From Fimbriosthenelais zetlandica (lineage: Eukaryota): DNA of 64,000 bases. Positions within the stretch are counted from its first letter, which is position 1. Each line of letters opens with the position of its first letter. The notes under the pieces are model-generated. The model was not told where the DNA came from and ran no database searches. It saw only the letters and a list, made by a program, of their open reading frames with translations. The stretch is from contig OZ365114.1 of the NCBI GenBank assembly GCA_977030845.1, positions 15,934,001 to 15,998,000 on the forward strand, written 5' to 3'. Below are positions 63,183-64,000 of this stretch, piece by piece. Made by a program: the position numbers and the translations under genes.

Positions 63183-63554
63183 CTATTTAGAGTTAGATTG
63201 CCTATCCTTTTTATGGCAATCTTTCCAGGCATGGTCCCTGGAGCCACAGTCGGAACAACGATGGGTATAGATGCAGCTCTTAGAAGAGCAGCCAACGTCC
63301 GAGTTGAACCTCCGACATGTGGAGAACCGCTTCTTCCTCTGGCTATGGCCGCCGACATGGGCGCGGCCATCTTTACTGGCGTTTGCCTCGATAGAAGTAT
63401 CAAAACAGAAGAAGCGAAGTAACTCATCATGGCCTATACCTCGGAAGGCTGACACACCCTTTCTATTCGCCCTAGCACGTACAGACTTGTCAAAGCGCAT
63501 GAAAGCCTCAAACGTATACAGCTTGGTTGCCCCCTTCTCTGTCAAGGTGCGTAT
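63183..63554 (-). CDS. gag-like ORF1, C-terminal part with tandem CCCH and CCHC zinc fingers
   Basis: IRTLTEKGATKLYTFEAFMRFDKSVR...CRRFNSDVGCSSKSCIYTH (C-x8-C-x4-C-x3-H), then CSDCGSRDHAWKDC (C-x2-C-x4-H-x4-C). Confidence 0.85.
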   Translation of the reverse strand: MRTLTEKGATKLYTFEAFMRFDKSVRARANRKGVSAFRGIGHDELLRFFCFDTSIEANASKDGRAHVGGHSQRKKRFSTCRRFNSDVGCSSKSCIYTHRCSDCGSRDHAWKDCHKKDRQSNSK

Positions 63555-63603
63555 AGTCTTTCAAAATCAGCAGAAATAAGGAAAGTTTTTAAATGGGCTG
63601 TCT

Positions 63604-64000
63604 ATGCTGTATAATCCCTTTGACATCATCACCGTCTTCATACAACTGCTCTAAGGTATTCATGGCCACCATCAAAATTTTTTCATAAGAGTCAACAGAA
63701 TCCCCCTTGTCAATAAAGTTTTTCTGGTCAAAAGGCTTACTGTTGCGTTTACGATGCTTCCTTCCTCTTGAAGATGACTGGGAGGAGCTGGAATCTAACG
63801 ACGAGTCAGATGAGGATGAGCTATCCCTAGTATCAATCCTGTGGCTGTGGGCGTGGCCGTGTCTGTCACGGTGGACATCTCTCCTCCTATGACTGGACCT
63901 GGACCTGGAGTGGCTTTTAACTGTGAGCTTCTCCAGCATGCCTTCAATACGGTCCATACGGTGTTCTAATGAAGACAGTTCACCATGTTTATCAGCTACA
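63604..64000 (-). CDS. gag-like ORF1, upstream part (open to the window edge)
   Basis: Frame open from 63999 (VADKHGELSSLEHRMDRIEG), with an Arg/Ser/His-rich low-complexity tract, ending in KGIIQH. It is separated from the downstream part by a 49-nt interruption. Confidence 0.8.

Larger units (their letters stand above)
59834..64000 (-). mobile_element. Tyrosine-recombinase retrotransposon (DIRS order), Ngaro-like with split direct repeats; 5' end lies beyond the window
   Basis: Order is gag (CCCH+CCHC fingers), RT/RNase H, YR. No methyltransferase domain is visible after RNase H. The 3' end has the B1-A2-B2 layout with identical 57-bp direct repeats. Confidence 0.93.

Noticed and set aside
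63586-63592. TTTAAAA slippery-like heptamer as a programmed -1 frameshift in gag
   Set aside because: It is not in the required frame, and the -1 frame contains two TGA stops before rejoining gag.

Overview
AT-rich eukaryotic genomic DNA with GT-AG introns, most likely from a marine invertebrate (taxon inferred from gene families only). Positions ~1-47.9 kb are largely non-coding. They hold tandem repeats, minisatellites, G-tracts and a few unconvincing traces of decayed coding or TE sequence; almost all short ORFs in the track there look like chance. At 47958-55182 (+) I reconstructed by hand 14 phase-consistent coding exons (2862 nt, 953 aa plus stop; the 5' signal-peptide exon was not found). 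They encode an astacin metalloprotease with the architecture Cys-rich segment / propeptide / astacin / EGF / CUB / EGF / VWA / Thr-rich stalk / TSP1. The EGF+VWA module lies on one 747-nt phase 1-1 exon. A TRIM-like RING exon follows at 59313-59536 (+). From 59834 to the window edge lies an antisense tyrosine-recombinase retrotransposon of the Ngaro/split-direct-repeat type, with identical 57-bp B repeats, YR, RT-RNase H and a zinc-finger gag. Its gag and pol are in the same frame, separated by a single UAG that is followed after 8 nt by a GNRA-capped hairpin (candidate stop-codon readthrough). Its YR frame is preceded by a splice-acceptor-like site. This copy carries two apparent lesions: a 49-nt insert in gag and one extra base in a YR homopolymer.
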